DNA of 64,000 nt, taken from positions 7,998,001-8,062,000 of the forward strand of contig CM120647.1 in assembly GCA_051362555.1 (NCBI GenBank), written 5' to 3'. The position numbers and the translations under genes are program-made. The notes under the pieces are model-generated. The model saw only the letters and a program-made list of their open reading frames with translations. It was not told the origin of the DNA and made no database searches. Positions within the stretch are counted from its first letter, which is position 1; every line of letters begins with the position of its first letter. The stretch is from Lingula anatina. Its lineage: Eukaryota > Animalia > Brachiopoda. Positions 39,470 to 52,561 of this stretch are shown here, piece by piece.

Positions 39470-42400
39470 CCAGAACATGGTTACTGACAGATTATGTTTG
39501 AAATCGGTTACTACTAGGACAACTCCTGTACATGTTTTTTTTTTTCAAATGGGCATGTCTTGAACTCGGTGAATAAATTCGCTTTATGGGGATAATCAAT
39601 GGCGCTGTTTTTCATCAATAGACCATAAGCTTACACCACCATCCTTTACCACCACAATACAGAGTACGGCCCCTGACTATCAGCTGGTGGTTCTCTCCTA
39701 ATTGATCTTACTCTCATCTTTTCAGTCTAATGGCGTGAAATAAAACAACATCCAGCATTTTCATCTCAATGCCGTCTTTAATGAGGGGATAATGCCATTA
39801 ACTCAGTATAATATCCAGGCCTTCTTTTTTGGCTTTCGGCTTTGGCCCTTCGCAGTGGTCCCCGCAGCGAATGCTGCGCCTCCACCCATACCGGTCTTCC
39901 TCTGTACCTAACGACTAGATATTCTTTTTTGTAGTATTCATATTTTTTTCTTCTACTTCCTTTGTTTTCTCTTTCCCCGTGGTTTCATCGCTAGAATTCT
40001 TTGCCCTCACATTTTTCTTGTGATATGTTAGCATTAGGAAAATAAACAGTTTACAGCATATATCAAATGACACACATCGAGCATAGGTTTACCTCCCCAA
40101 GTATTTTCTCCCGAGCTAAAATCTAACATAGGTTACTCCTTGAACTTGCCACAGGCCAAAAACAAAAAGCATATCCTATTGTTTGGATTTATGCGGCGTA
40201 ATTGCAAACTGCCTTATTATCTGCTGAATAATTTTGTATATTGCAGAAACCGAGTTCCTATTACAATTATTATCTCTTTTTTTGCAATTAAAACCAGTCA
40301 AATTGTACACGTACCATAATTCAAAACTCAAATATATTATTTAAAGTACAATTGATTACAGAAGCTTAAATAACCTAAATTAATATTTTGTGCATCGAGG
40401 ATATTTTGAAATGTACTGATTTTGAAATGTACTCATGTTTCAACAGCATTCTTAGTGCTCACTGAAATAAGAGTACTCAATTTTCGTGGTTTATGAAGAC
40501 TGATGGCAGTTTAAGGAAGGTATATTTTTGAATCCAACTTATAGTTAATGATTTGTCAATCGACTCCACCAGTATTAACTTGGAGATTTTACATGAAGCA
40601 CGTGCCGGACGCTGCAATTAGAGATGAGAATGCGTGTTACATGCATAAATTATTGGCACTAATTAATTTGCTCTCTGCCCCTTTACAAAAGCCCCGCTGT
40701 AAGTATTTAGATAACCTTTGCAAAGATCAAAATATACACCAATTATAATCGGCAAGAATCAAAAGATAAGAATGTCAATAGTAATTATTCCAGAGTTAAT
40801 CAATTTTAATGATTTTTTAGGATTATTGATAACCTTTGGTACGTCTGTTAACTAACAAAGCAACAAAGGGCAGACCAAAGCAGGGTGGAAGTCTGAATTG
40901 ATTTGTATTTTTTATGGATAATCGACATTTTTTTTTTGGTCAATCAATAACATCATTACCACGTTTTTATGACATGCAGGTAAGACGCTAGGGGTGGTGG
41001 GGGTCGACAGATTGTTGTCGTGTGTTATTATATTTCACAATGGACGATTAAAACTTAACCAAGCAAAATTATGCAAATTTCCCCTATTCGGGATTCATTC
41101 TTGCACATGGATTCGATGTTTAATTTAATTTCTCATAAAATCATTTACCTCTTAATGACTCACTTAGTACGCAGTACATATCAAAATGAAAGAAATATTT
41201 ATATCAGTTCTTTCTACAAGATGATTAAATATTGAGAAAAGATGTATTATGCTGAAATAAAAATCGGTGCAGTCCTTTCCCTTACGTGGAATTCTAAAGT
41301 AGTGTTGTTTGATCTGGATGCGATTCAGGTATTTTTTTCATCAAAGAAAATCCTTTGACTTCAATTGGCCTAGGCAACTTTTATATCCTAACTAAAGCAT
41401 TAGTCTTGAAGTGAAGAAACATGTTTGCTGAGTTGCAAGTCTGCATTTCAAGGAAAATGTGAAGTCTGATCTCATTTTAGGAATGATTCTACATTTGTTA
41501 ATAATTTGACTGTTTATAATGGTTGTGTGCCTATATATGCATTGATCAAGGTGCTCCCATGTTCGATCAAAATCAAATATTCTTTTGTTTTGAGCTATGT
41601 CACATTAAAAAATAATGGAAATCCCTAAGTTTGTCAAAATAAGTGAAGCAATATCTTCTCTAGGGGCTAAATTCACATTGCTAACATAATGCCTCCGGAT
41701 TTTTTAATTCTTGCTTTGGATAACTCAGGGCATTGTCCACATATGAGAGTAAATTCAAGTAAAAATGCATTGCTCCAGAAGGTATGCTCTCCCAAAATTG
41801 TTGAAAAATCACTTTTTCAAAAACCTAAAATAACGTTTCAAATAAAAACTGCAAAGTGAACACCGAATATCTTATTTTCAATCTTTTGTGTCGTAATAAA
41901 GCTGAAATAATAGTCTATAAGGCTCAATTTTTTTAATTCAAATACATGGTTACTAACAGATTATGTTTAAAATCGGTTAGGAAGATAAGGAGGAGCCGAC
42001 ATATTATTTCATTTGTACATGAAGCACCATGAAAATACTTATTTATTTAAAAACGGTGGGTTTTATAGCTTGACCGACTTGCTTAACAGGGATAAATGCA
42101 CTGACTTTGATAAAAGGCGACTAGATTGACGACTGTCCTTTACCACCAAAAACCAAAGTCCGGTCCCTGACTTGGAGCAGGGAGTTCTCTATTATGTGAT
42201 CTTATCCTTATTTTTTAAGTCTTATGACATCACAATAAAACAGCATCAAGTATTTTCTTCCTCTACGTCTAATTAGAGAGTGATAGTGACAACCACTTTT
42301 GTTTGATATCCAGTTGGACGGTTCATGGTTTGATTTTTAAAAGTTTGGGTGTTCGCATTTTTTTGGTTTGCGGTTGCAAGGTTCGGCTATTCAACCGCAC

Positions 42401-43957
42401 GTTACTGTTACAGGCCAATGTAATCGCCAACGGCTTGTTGTTCTACCGCATTTTTAATGAAGACTGTTGCAATAGCTGTCAGTAATTAGTTTTTCTCTTT
42501 TGTATTCAAAGTTTACAGTATTGTTCCATCCAAAATATTTGGATAACCTTAGAAAAAAGATATCGACAGGAATAAAATATCACTTAAAAAGTAGCTCACT
42601 TCTTATTATTTTAAAATCGGTCAATCGTTCATAAAGTGGAGCATGGACAAAGTCTAGGCTAGTAATGATACGAAGGATTCCTGCACCAGTGCTAAAATGG
42701 AAGTGAACTTGCTCGTTATTTTGAATTTAAATGGCTACAAAACAGAGCAGCATATTGTACTTGTAAATTAAAATGTAATTCAAAGGCATTGATTATACAA
42801 ACGATTGATTGCAAAGATTGCTAAAAAGTTATATTTTGTGCATCAAAGACATTTTCAAATTATGGACAGCCTTCTTCTTAAAATAAGTTTAAGGTTTGCC
42901 AGTTTGATTAATTGTTCAATGGTCGTGGTATTAATTTGGTCTCTGCATATATAATGCCGATGTTAGCTGATGGTTTGTTATAAAACCTTATTCTCGATTG
43001 CTACCAAATTAGTTTTCTCTCGGTTGTTTTCTAATTTACAATGATAACAACAGAGATAAACATATTGACATCACTAATTAGTTTTCTCTCGATTGTTTTC
43101 AAAATTTTCAACGATAACAACAGAGATAAACAAATTAGTGTCAACGATTAGTTATTCCTTAGTTGATTTCAAACCTTTACAAAAGCTTTTGATATTGTCC
43201 CACTCCCATATTGAATAACCTTCAAAAAGAAATTAATAACAATGGAAGAACGCTACAAACTGATCAATTTTCATCATTTTATAATTGATTAATTCCCGTG
43301 TGTAAAATAACTAACTAACAAAGAAGAATTCATAAACTTACTTGAGGCAGGTAATCTTTTTGCTTTTTATCGACATTTTATTTTCTGACATATAATCTAC
43401 AAAAGGACAGTGGTAGATCAAAAACGATCGTTTGATCGAACTTTCTAATTTCATTAATATAGATATTTAACAGTACACTGTTGTCACTTCTGTTGTGCCA
43501 TTACCTGAAATGTTAGTATTTTATGTCCGCCTGTGATATGATATGTAAAATGTGCCGTTTGATTAGGTTTGAAAAAGAAAGTTGATGTCTTCATCAAAAC
43601 TTTAGAATACTCAAGAAACGAAAAAAAGGTGTGACCAAAACAAACTTTTATGTTAAAGAAACCACTCATCTTAATTTAATGGTATTTTAGGACTATATTA
43701 TCACCCAGACGCAAATAGATACATTATCTTATTTCAATAATAATTCTCACAATAATGTTGTTTTATAACAATAATAATTCTCACAATTATGTAAAATAAA
43801 TTACCCATTACGAGTAAGGTTAGGCATTTGAAAGTTTTTATCGTAAATATAACATATATAAATATAACAATTTAATAGTCATTTCTTAATATTGCTTCTG
43901 TAATAATCTCATATATATATATATAAACATTCTGGACATTTTCTGAGACGTTAGACG

Positions 43958-44029
<72 letters not shown>

Positions 44030-44470
44030 CGTCTTGAATAACTGAACTAGAAAGATTGTCTTTTTGATTCATGCGCAAGCTTCAGTCATGTCACTTAATG
44101 AAATTCGAGCAATGTTAACTGCGTCATCTCTATCGTAAAGGGCCAGGTATCTTTCCACTGACTGGCTGTAGTCCTCGCAGTTCCAACGATGTGATCCACC
44201 AAGAGAATTTTCAATTTGTATGCAGATCCTCTTCAGATCCACGAGGGTTACCTCTTGTCTAAGACGAGATTCATTTAACATCGCCTTTAGAACATCGTTG
44301 CTTCTCGTAAACTTGTCCATGGCTCGAGGCCCATTAGCACATGTCTGGTTTTCGGTAGAGATTGCCGATTCGGGCATGCGTTTCTTCTCACATGGTTCTG
44401 ACGAAGATCTACCAGTTTGCAGCTTTCCAGAGCTGGACAAAGTCAGACTACAGGAAGTAATATGATAAAG
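39470..44470 (-). pseudogene. Decayed, tandemly duplicated intronless coding-like region of unknown family
   Basis: Diverged direct repeats at ~2.45-2.5 kb offset; residual ORFs 44069-44440 and 43484-43669. Confidence 0.35.
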
Positions 44471-46132
44471 TGTAAACTGTTGGGTGACTCGTTTACTTCC
44501 AACAAAACAATTATTGCAAAAAAGGTGTTTTTAGAATATATCTCAAAACATACTAAGAATTTCCGACAGACCATCAGAATGGCTTGAACGAAGCATAAAA
44601 CATTCCCAAATAATGATTTATTTATCTAAATACACAAATTGAAAGTTCATTTTGTAAATATCGAGTTTTTTCGCTATGTCTGAAAATTAATGAGCTACGT
44701 GGTCAAGTGGTCGGTCGACGTCACACAAACTTGGCTGTCATTATCTACCTGTAAGACGAGTTTCCAAATTTTCCTGGTCAGAGCCCCTACCTAGTCACGT
44801 TTCTTACTTGAGGGGTTAAAATCCTCGTAAAGGTATGTGAAGTCAATTTAACTTTTTAACTAGCATACACGGTTGGTTCATTTAATTTATCGCAAACTGT
44901 ACTTTTAAACTGCTGTAAGATTCAAGGGAGTATACTCTACCCACTTGTTTCATCCTTGAGCAATTTGCAATTTGCAACTTGCTAAGCAAAAAGAGGTGCA
45001 GTGAAATTTATAATAGTATAGATAGTGTTCAATAAATACCTCCAAGAGTGAATTATTTGATATAAAGACTTACTTTGTATCTTTGTGGATTCGCAGCGGT
45101 TTCCATGAGTCAGCCGGTTTGTTATAGACGCAAGCCATATCTGTTTCCATCTTTGCAGTAGTAGGGTGCCTTACTCAGTTTTACTATCCTTTGCAGACCT
45201 AAAAACACTTATTTCAGGTGAACAATATAAGTAACTTTGACACGTGAAGTACGAGTCGCACTAACTGTACGTGAAATATTACGAGTGTATTGTGGAGCTT
45301 CGGGTAAGGTAAAAACAAATTATGTGCGGCACCTGTCGAAACTATTTATAAGGTCCTTGTGGTGCCCCATTACCAAATCAATAGATCGCATTATTTAACA
45401 TGACAACGCGATCTATAGCAGTTCTACCCCTACCCAATACCCCCCAAGACAATTTCCCATGGCGATCACCCTTAATAATATATATTTATATACAAAGCAA
45501 TATAAATTTATATAAAGCAAAGAGTATTAAGTTCAAAACTTTTCATCCATTATATTAATATATCTTAGTGTGATGATGCAACTCGAGGATAGAGATCGAG
45601 TATTAATTTCATTATTATTAATCAAATTATTTTCAAGAAGTACAAGTACAGAGAATTTTAGAAATAAAAGTATAGAAAATATTATTTAAAATCTTATCAA
45701 AACATAACTCTAGGTAAAGGCGCGGTGTGAACAGATGATCTCACTCATCCAGGAAACCCTTTGATGAATTGATTGTTACTTTTAATTGCTTCATTACTCC
45801 CCCCTTGATTAAGTTAGCCTCAAATCAAGGTGGATCTCTAGGGAGATGTGGGGTAAACAGTTTTTTTTACTTATCCAGGTATCCGTTTGACTATCCGTCG
45901 GATTTTATTACTTGACCACTACCCACCTACCCACTACCCACCATACTAAAATATTTATGGAACATGTTAACCTGTTCATTTGCTTACCTCACCTCTACCT
46001 GGAGAATAGGTAGTTACATTTTGATTTGATATTTAATAATTCATACTTATTTGTACTTGTACAAAATGAAGAATATTTTTTTCATAAAAGATGTTGTTAA
46101 ATGATGAAATTGTATCATCACACGAAAATATA

Positions 46133-47318
46133 AGTAGTAATAAAAGGACGGGAGCCTTACTAAAAAGGAATGGCCCTGAATGGCCCTCTAAATATATAGT
46201 TTTTTTTCCAAAAATAAAGATAATATGTTTTGTTTTGTTTTACATCACTAAAAATGAGATGTTTATATTGGTTAGAATAGTTGTTGTATACACAAGTTGT
46301 TGAAAGGTAGGGATTTGTTTTAGTTTTTCATTGGATGAACAAAAAAGACCCGCATTTATTATTGATCTAAAAAAGGAGAAGTGGCATTGTTTGCGGTTCA
46401 GTTGAACGCGATGCATAGTAAACAAACAAGGATCCGCTAACAGTCAGGTGAGACTATTGTAATGCACAAAGAGAGCAGTATGCAAGCCAAATACTTAGAG
46501 TATTGTGAAAGTTTGTGGTTCGCAAACACTTAATAGATTAAAACCTCCCATTTTATTGAAGTAAACTGTATTTGAATGATAGCATTAAATGAATGACACT
46601 ATGAGCCAGGTAGTGTTATAGTAAAGCAGTATTGTTTGCTGGTCAAGCAACTGTTGTAGTGGTTTATACGCCCAGCTGCATTGAATATTATTTTGATTCA
46701 TATGAGGCTTTCCCTTTATTTCTAAATGATCGCCTTAGTTTGTACAACAAACAAAACAGTATTGCACGCTGTAGGTGTACATAATCTGTTAAGCACAAGG
46801 CGTTTTGGTGACAAAATTCAAAGCATTTTAACAGTATTTTTATGATAGTATTCTCTTCATTTTTAAAAATCTGAGTTTTTCTCTTTCAAGTAAAAATTCT
46901 ACAGCATTTTACCTATTCAAGGTTAAACATTGCAGTATTTTTTCACCTTGTCTTTAAGAATCTGAGTATTTTTTCTCCTGCAGATGAAACACCATTGTTC
47001 TTTAATGTAAAAATGAAAAGTATTTTCTCTATCAAGTCAAAGTTTTACAGCATTTTACCAGTTCAAATGTAAACGTTGGGGTATTTTTTTTCTCTTCGAC
47101 TTAAAAAATGGGAAAACATTTTCCCTTTCACGTAAAAGTATAACAGCATTTTTCCGATTCAAATTTTTACGTCTTAAAATAAGAATTCTCAGTTGGAAGA
47201 ACCACACATGAATCCCCAATAAAAGATGTTGTAAACTTTTTTAATATTTCGAACAATATTTCAAGACATGTTATTACAATAATTGCACAACAGTGACTAA
47301 GCCGCCCTATGTCTTTAT
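46133..47318 (+). repeat. Left terminal inverted repeat
   Basis: Reverse complement of 55770-56956 with roughly ten differences by eye. Confidence 0.95.
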
Positions 47319-47500
47319 TCCTAAATAATCGCCTTGGTTTACAACATGCAAATCACTAATGCAGGTGGTTAGTGTACATAAACAATCTGTTCAGAGCGGG
47401 ACCTTTTGTAGCTGCAACCATCACTTCATACCTTTTTTCCAATTCAAAAATAAATATGGGAGTACTCTTCTCTTCCTCTTTAAAATAAAAATGAGCATTA

Positions 47501-50500
47501 TCAACAAATATCTAAAGGTGCAGTGGAGACCCCATCTTCTAAAACCTTACGTTTACAATAAAAATAACTAAATGCATCTTTTTGCTGTACATATGTATAC
47601 ATGCTGTTTTTTAATAACCTAATGCCTCTATTTTCACCAATTCCACTCTTTATATTCAGTAGCACATCTAAATACTTGGTTTTATCTATGTCATTATTGT
47701 TTCTATTAACACCTTTACAGCTAAATTTCGGCTTTGTTTCTCCCCCAAAACAGTAATATGTCTTACTGCAAAGACCAACGATGCCGTCACCAATCCACTC
47801 CGCTTTGAACAATCCAGGCGTTCTTTTGTCAAAGGCCTCGTGCTCTGGCGTATCAGTGCGAGGAAACCAAAGATGTTTTTCTTTTTCAAACTGCTCACGC
47901 ATACGAGGTTTTATTACGGCTTCCAAGCTATCCGCCGAGAAGGCAATGTAAGCGGAATCCGTGTCCATTTCACAATACTGGAAATCGGACGGATCCACAA
48001 ACTTAAGCATGAAATCATAATAAAATTCCAACATACGCAGGTTGGCATACTGATACACCATGACACCTATTTGAATGGGTTAGTCAAACTTGATTACTTT
48101 TTTGTTTAGTTCGAGCTCATACGTGTCGTCAGTGATTTGATCTAAGCGCCGAAAGCGAGGGTTGTTCACTTTACGAGAGGCCTTAGCTTCACCGCAATAT
48201 TCAACATCACGATGTTTTTCTTTATTGGTTACTGTTTTACCGTACCCCGAATTACCAATGAGCTTCATGGTATCGGCAACGATGGCTTTTGTTTTGTCTT
48301 TGTCTCCCTCTCTGCGAGCATCGCTCACGGCGTTACCAAAATGCTGGAAGCACGCTTTAGGTGTGTACTCGACAACCTGGTAGATGTAAGAGACGCGAAG
48401 ACCGTGCTTCACATACCATTTCAAGAGGGGCGTGGCCAATAAAATTTTTTCACCGAAAAAACTGCCTATAAGCGATTTTCTAGGAGCGCTCATAATGTCA
48501 TTTTCTTCGGCAAAATTCTTCATGTAAGCACCTATGTCATCTCTGGTAATGGTGGCGTTTTTAAAAATGGGTGGCATTTCTGCAAACATGGGTCTGAGTT
48601 CAGAGGGGACTTCTATATCGCATTCAACAAAACCAAACAACTTGTCATTGCAAACGGCGTGCAAAATTTCTTCAAATTTCAGTTGATGTTTGTTTTCAGT
48701 GGGGTGCTTGTACTGATTTACGAACAGTTGCACTTTTGTATTTTCTTTCTGTATTTTTTTCCATTCACACTCCCACATTTCAACCAAAGTGTACCCTTGT
48801 TCTCGAATGTACTGACTATTTTGTTCTGTTTGGATACGCAGTGATTTCATGGATACTTTTTTCGTTTCGTTTATTTCTCTAAATGTGCCGTCCTTGTTTT
48901 GGTTTAGATGACAACGATGTCCATGAAAATAACACCCTTGGTACTGATACACGGTGTTTGTCTCTGAGCAAAAACCATCAACAGGTAGTCGGGGTTGGTA
49001 GCCTATGCGTTTTTCAATGTTGTTAAACTGATGCCGGATTTTCTGCCCAGTGGTGTGAGCGATCCAGTCCAACCACATCGTTGCTTCCCTTCCATGGGGA
49101 TGGGAATATTCGCGTTTATACCCGGATTCTACATGCCTGCGTATAAATGTACCCGTTGGCATGGGTTGCATCAAGCACCATAGGTAAAGAGCATTAGCAT
49201 CAAAACCAATAATTTTCTTGCAGAGCTTGGGATCATCTACAGTGGCTTTTCTAATCAAAGTTTTGTTTCTTTCATGGTAACGGTGGAATATAATACTTGG
49301 GCCCCCCACGATGGCATTTTTCAGGAGGTAGTGGAGATCGCTATTTTTGTCATCAAAAAGAGTAAAATAAGCGTCTCCAACGTTTTGAAAGAGGTATTTC
49401 AATGTTAACCCTGGTACACTAATACCATCTTTAAACATATCAATTCCCCTCTCAAGGTAGAAGTCAAACATTTTAGCAACTGCTTCCAGCATAGGTTCAA
49501 CATCTTTGTTGTTATACCAGGTGAGAAAGTCGCGCATTGTTTCCATATTGTTTTCCTCCCACACCCGTTGGCACAATGCGTAATCCTCTTCACTTATGGT
49601 GTTTTGCTTTAATTGTGAGGCAAATGCTTCACGTGGAGGGAGACAAGGGCAGTCGAGTTTATCCAAGGAGTCCATCCATTCATAGGGAAAGAACCCCTTA
49701 GATTCTTTGCACTCGAATGCTTTGAGAAACTGACTGTAACTGCACCCAGGTGCTAAATAATTTCTGACATCTAAGATTTTCAAACTATCTGACTTGAGCA
49801 CCATAAAATGGTTATTTCGCTTGACTACAAAGCGCAACTTTTCTCTGCTTATCAACGACGGAAAAAACAATGTTTTCATGGCATTCAAATCGTAATGCCC
49901 ACTATTGAACCCTAAAACTGGTAATTCCTTTAAATAGTTGCTAAACCTAGATAACAGTTTTGTTAAATAATGGCCCTTTCTAAGTCCATTAACATCCTCT
50001 TTTTCCTCACTCATCTCTATGTCTAATTCTATATCATTCGTGACTTTCGTGTAACCATTTTCAAACACCCACTTAAATTTATCATTCAGTATTACCTTAG
50101 CCTCCTGACTAATTTCAATGAGGGCAGCAATAAATTTACCCACAGTTTGCCTAGGATCACCGTCCGATATGAAGCACTTGGGCGTGGTGTGTCCTGGCAC
50201 ATTGCTACAAATGCTTACACTCAGGAACTGGTGCTCATGCTGCAAGTGTAGTTTTTCACTGTGTTCGGGGTTGTTTGCTGCCGGTAGCAGGCACTCGATA
50301 TCGAAAGTTGCCCGATAGGGGTAATATCTGTCTTCCTTGGGGATGACCAGGCCGTAATCTGCCAGCTCCTCAAAAATACATGTAGTTGGAGGGGTGTTGT
50401 ATGCTTTACCTGGGAAGCGGTGTTCGACGATAGCTTCACATGTCCGTTCGTGAACATGCAAATGACCTTTGTGCTTGAACATTTTGTTGCATTTTGAGCA

Positions 50501-51838
50501 GCAAAAGGACTGAGCATATTTCCCCATGTCTTTTATGTACGAAAAGTGATTTTCATACACGTTAAGCGACATGGTTTCCTTGTACTTGCTCAGCGATCGA
50601 CGCACAAGTTCAGCAAAAGTCGCACCGTCTTCTGTTTCCTGCAGCTCGTACACCACTATGTTGACTTCAAACATCTTTTCAACTCGCTCCAGTTGTTTGA
50701 GCGACACACCCTCAAACCCTTTGATCTTGCACCGCGCCTCGGCTCTGTATTTCTCAAAAAGTTGTTTGGTGGTTTTTTCTAGTCCAAGCACTGGCCACCC
50801 TCTGTGCAAGGCAAGGCATCTGAACACGCACAAATTGTCGTTATAACAACCATTCTGATCTCCCTGCAATGCGACCAGACCCTTGTTATTTGTGATATAA
50901 GACGGTAAAAAGCCACCACTACCGATCGGATGACCTACGAGCTTGGTCACGTAGAATGTAGCGTTAGTGATTATCTCAACTATCCAGCTGGAGTTGGGTC
51001 TCTCCTGCCGGGCGCACTCCAAAATATCCCTGACAGTAATGTGCTCAAAGAAACCATCGAGGTCGTCTTTGTTTTGGATTACAAACGGCTCTTCTAGGAA
51101 GCAGTGGTTGTTGCTACTGGGGTGATAGTAACGCAGTTCCCCGGTCTCGTTGTTTCTTAAGAAAAATCCGTAAGACACATTCAACTTAAAAACAGTTGTT
51201 TGGTCTTTTAAAACGGCAGCTAACCCTTCTCGAAGATCGTCAGGATGAATAGTGGTCAACCGAAAGTTGTACCAGTCTTGCAATTTATTTCCCCTAGAGA
51301 AGCGAGTGCGGATGGAGTTCCAGTGCTGCATGTAAGCGTCGCGTACACGAGGTTCAGTATCAGGAGGAAGAAGACCTTCGGGGATGCTGACTGGGTCAGG
51401 GGAAAGGATATTCGCAGCGCCATACCCCATTTGTAGTTTTTTATGAACGATGCTGGATTGAGAATCTGCTTTTCTTTTGTTCAAGGGCCCTGGTTGCGGA
51501 TGAGCTGCAGCCTGGTGGTTTAGCCGGTCCTGTGGGGTGGCAAATACTTCGGCACACTCGGGGCATCTTAAGGTCGGTTGTTCTAGTCTGGTCGAGTGTA
51601 AGCGCATGTGACGAAACATGTTGCTTCTGTTCCCAAAGCCTTTTCCACAAGTAGGACATTTAATGGCATTTTCAGTGCTGTGGCTGATGCGATGCTGTTT
51701 AAGTTGATCGAGGCGACTGAATTTTGTCCCGCAGATATCACATTCGTGGGTTTTAACACCATGATCAACACCTTTATGGCGGATCAGATATTTCTTCAGG
51801 AGAAACGTTTTCTGGCAAATGTTGCACGTGTGGACCAT
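47501..51838 (-). CDS. Protein-primed family B DNA polymerase with N-terminal C2H2 fingers and a VSR-like nuclease insert; one in-frame TAA at 48080-48082
   Basis: Kozak-context ATG at 51838. Exo motifs FDIE, GFNSGHYD, YNNKDV; KGFFPY; pol motifs DANALY, KLIGNSGYGK, DTDS, KTYY, KGV. The two ORFs are in the same frame (KFD*PIQIGVMV). Confidence 0.92.
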
Positions 51839-51950
51839 GGTTGCTGCAATGAATATGTAACTTGTTACCCTCCAGATATAAAACCGTGCACTCAAATAAA
51901 AGTGGCTAATACAAAAACAAACGATATATATGTTGCAACTAGCAATTCTA

Positions 51951-52425
51951 CTGGTTGGTTATGACATCATATCTAAAATAGATTTATTTGTGAGGCATTT
52001 GATTGGTTGAAATAACGCAACACTGCCACATGATTGGTTGATTATGACATCATATCTAAAAATAGATTTACGTGTGAGGCATTTGATTGGTTGAAATAAT
52101 ACAACACTGAAATATGATTGGTTGATTATGGCATCATATCTAAAAATAGATTTAATGTGAGGCATTTGATTGGTTGAAATAATATAATACTGCAATTTGA
52201 TTGGTTGATTATGACATCATATCTAAAAATAGATTACATGCGAAACATTGATTGATTGAAATAATATAATACTGCAATTTGATTGGTTGATTATGACATC
52301 ATATCTAAAAATAGATTACATGCGAGACATTGATTGATTGAATTAATACTATACTGCAATTTGATTGGTTGATTATTACATCATATCTAAAATAGATTTA
52401 CGTGTGGGACATTATTTGGTTGAAA
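51951..52425. repeat. ~83-bp tandem repeat, 6 units, CCAAT-rich; probable bidirectional promoter
   Basis: Unit marker at 51961, 52044, 52128, 52211, 52293 and 52375; lies between the divergent polB and BIR genes. Confidence 0.9.
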
Positions 52426-52561
52426 AAGGTCAAACTACAACTTTATTGGTTTCATTAAAGATATGACTCCTTGTTTCTAATTGGCTACTGAAAATATTAC
52501 TTTTAATAGGGTATCGTTCACCATAGTAATATTGTCATAGGTCACTATTTCGTTGGAAACA

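Noticed and set aside
46240-46425. 61-aa ORF duplicated at 56663-56848
   Set aside because: Duplicated only because it lies in the TIR; non-ATG start and no recognisable features.
47501-48090. Programmed frameshift or separate gene for the polB C-terminus
   Set aside because: Both parts are in the same frame, separated by one TAA.
51951-52425. CRISPR-like array
   Set aside because: Whole units are homologous with no unique spacers; no cas genes; eukaryotic context.
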